From Camelus dromedarius (lineage: Eukaryota): a DNA stretch of 64,000 nt. Both the position numbers and the translations under genes were made by a program. The notes below the pieces were generated by a model that had not been told where the DNA came from, did not search any database, and was given only the letters and a program-made list of their open reading frames with translations. How positions within the stretch are numbered: the stretch's first letter is position 1; each line of letters starts with the position of its first letter. Positions 63,901-64,000 of the stretch are shown in pieces. The stretch lies in NCBI RefSeq assembly GCF_036321535.1, contig NC_087437.1, forward strand, positions 24,616,001 to 24,680,000, given 5' to 3'.

Positions 63901-64000
63901 GTTACACAGTGTGAAGAATAGGGCATAAGTTTACTCTCAGGTATGACTTTTAGGTATTTGTGACACATTTATCTTAACATAAGCAGCATAATTTTCAGTG

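Noticed and set aside
1..64000. Assigning a gene name to the locus
   Set aside because: The architecture suggests the flank of a developmental transcription-factor gene, but no exon or sequence was recognised well enough to name it.

Overview
This is eutherian genomic DNA, most likely camelid: it carries four tRNA-Ala(AGC)-derived SINEs resembling the Camelidae Vic-1 family, plus young L1 3' ends. I found no protein-coding gene, intact RNA gene, CRISPR array or prokaryotic system. The only ORF translations I recognise are decayed L1 ORF2 pieces. The first ~5 kb is a cluster of CpG islands in a nearly transposon-free zone. The rest is AT-rich non-coding DNA with L2, MIR, L1, MaLR LTR and MER DNA-transposon fossils. 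Between these are repeat-free blocks dense in homeodomain, POU, SOX and E-box motifs, which look like enhancers flanking a developmental gene (locus not identified). The most unusual structures are: two ancient dispersed local duplications ~5 kb apart (one direct, one inverted), a perfect 42-bp tandem duplication, a perfect 23-bp inverted repeat made of microsatellites, two L1 3' fragments with the same 5' breakpoint, and a strong minus-strand bias of L1s. Repeat family names and boundaries were assigned by eye and are approximate.
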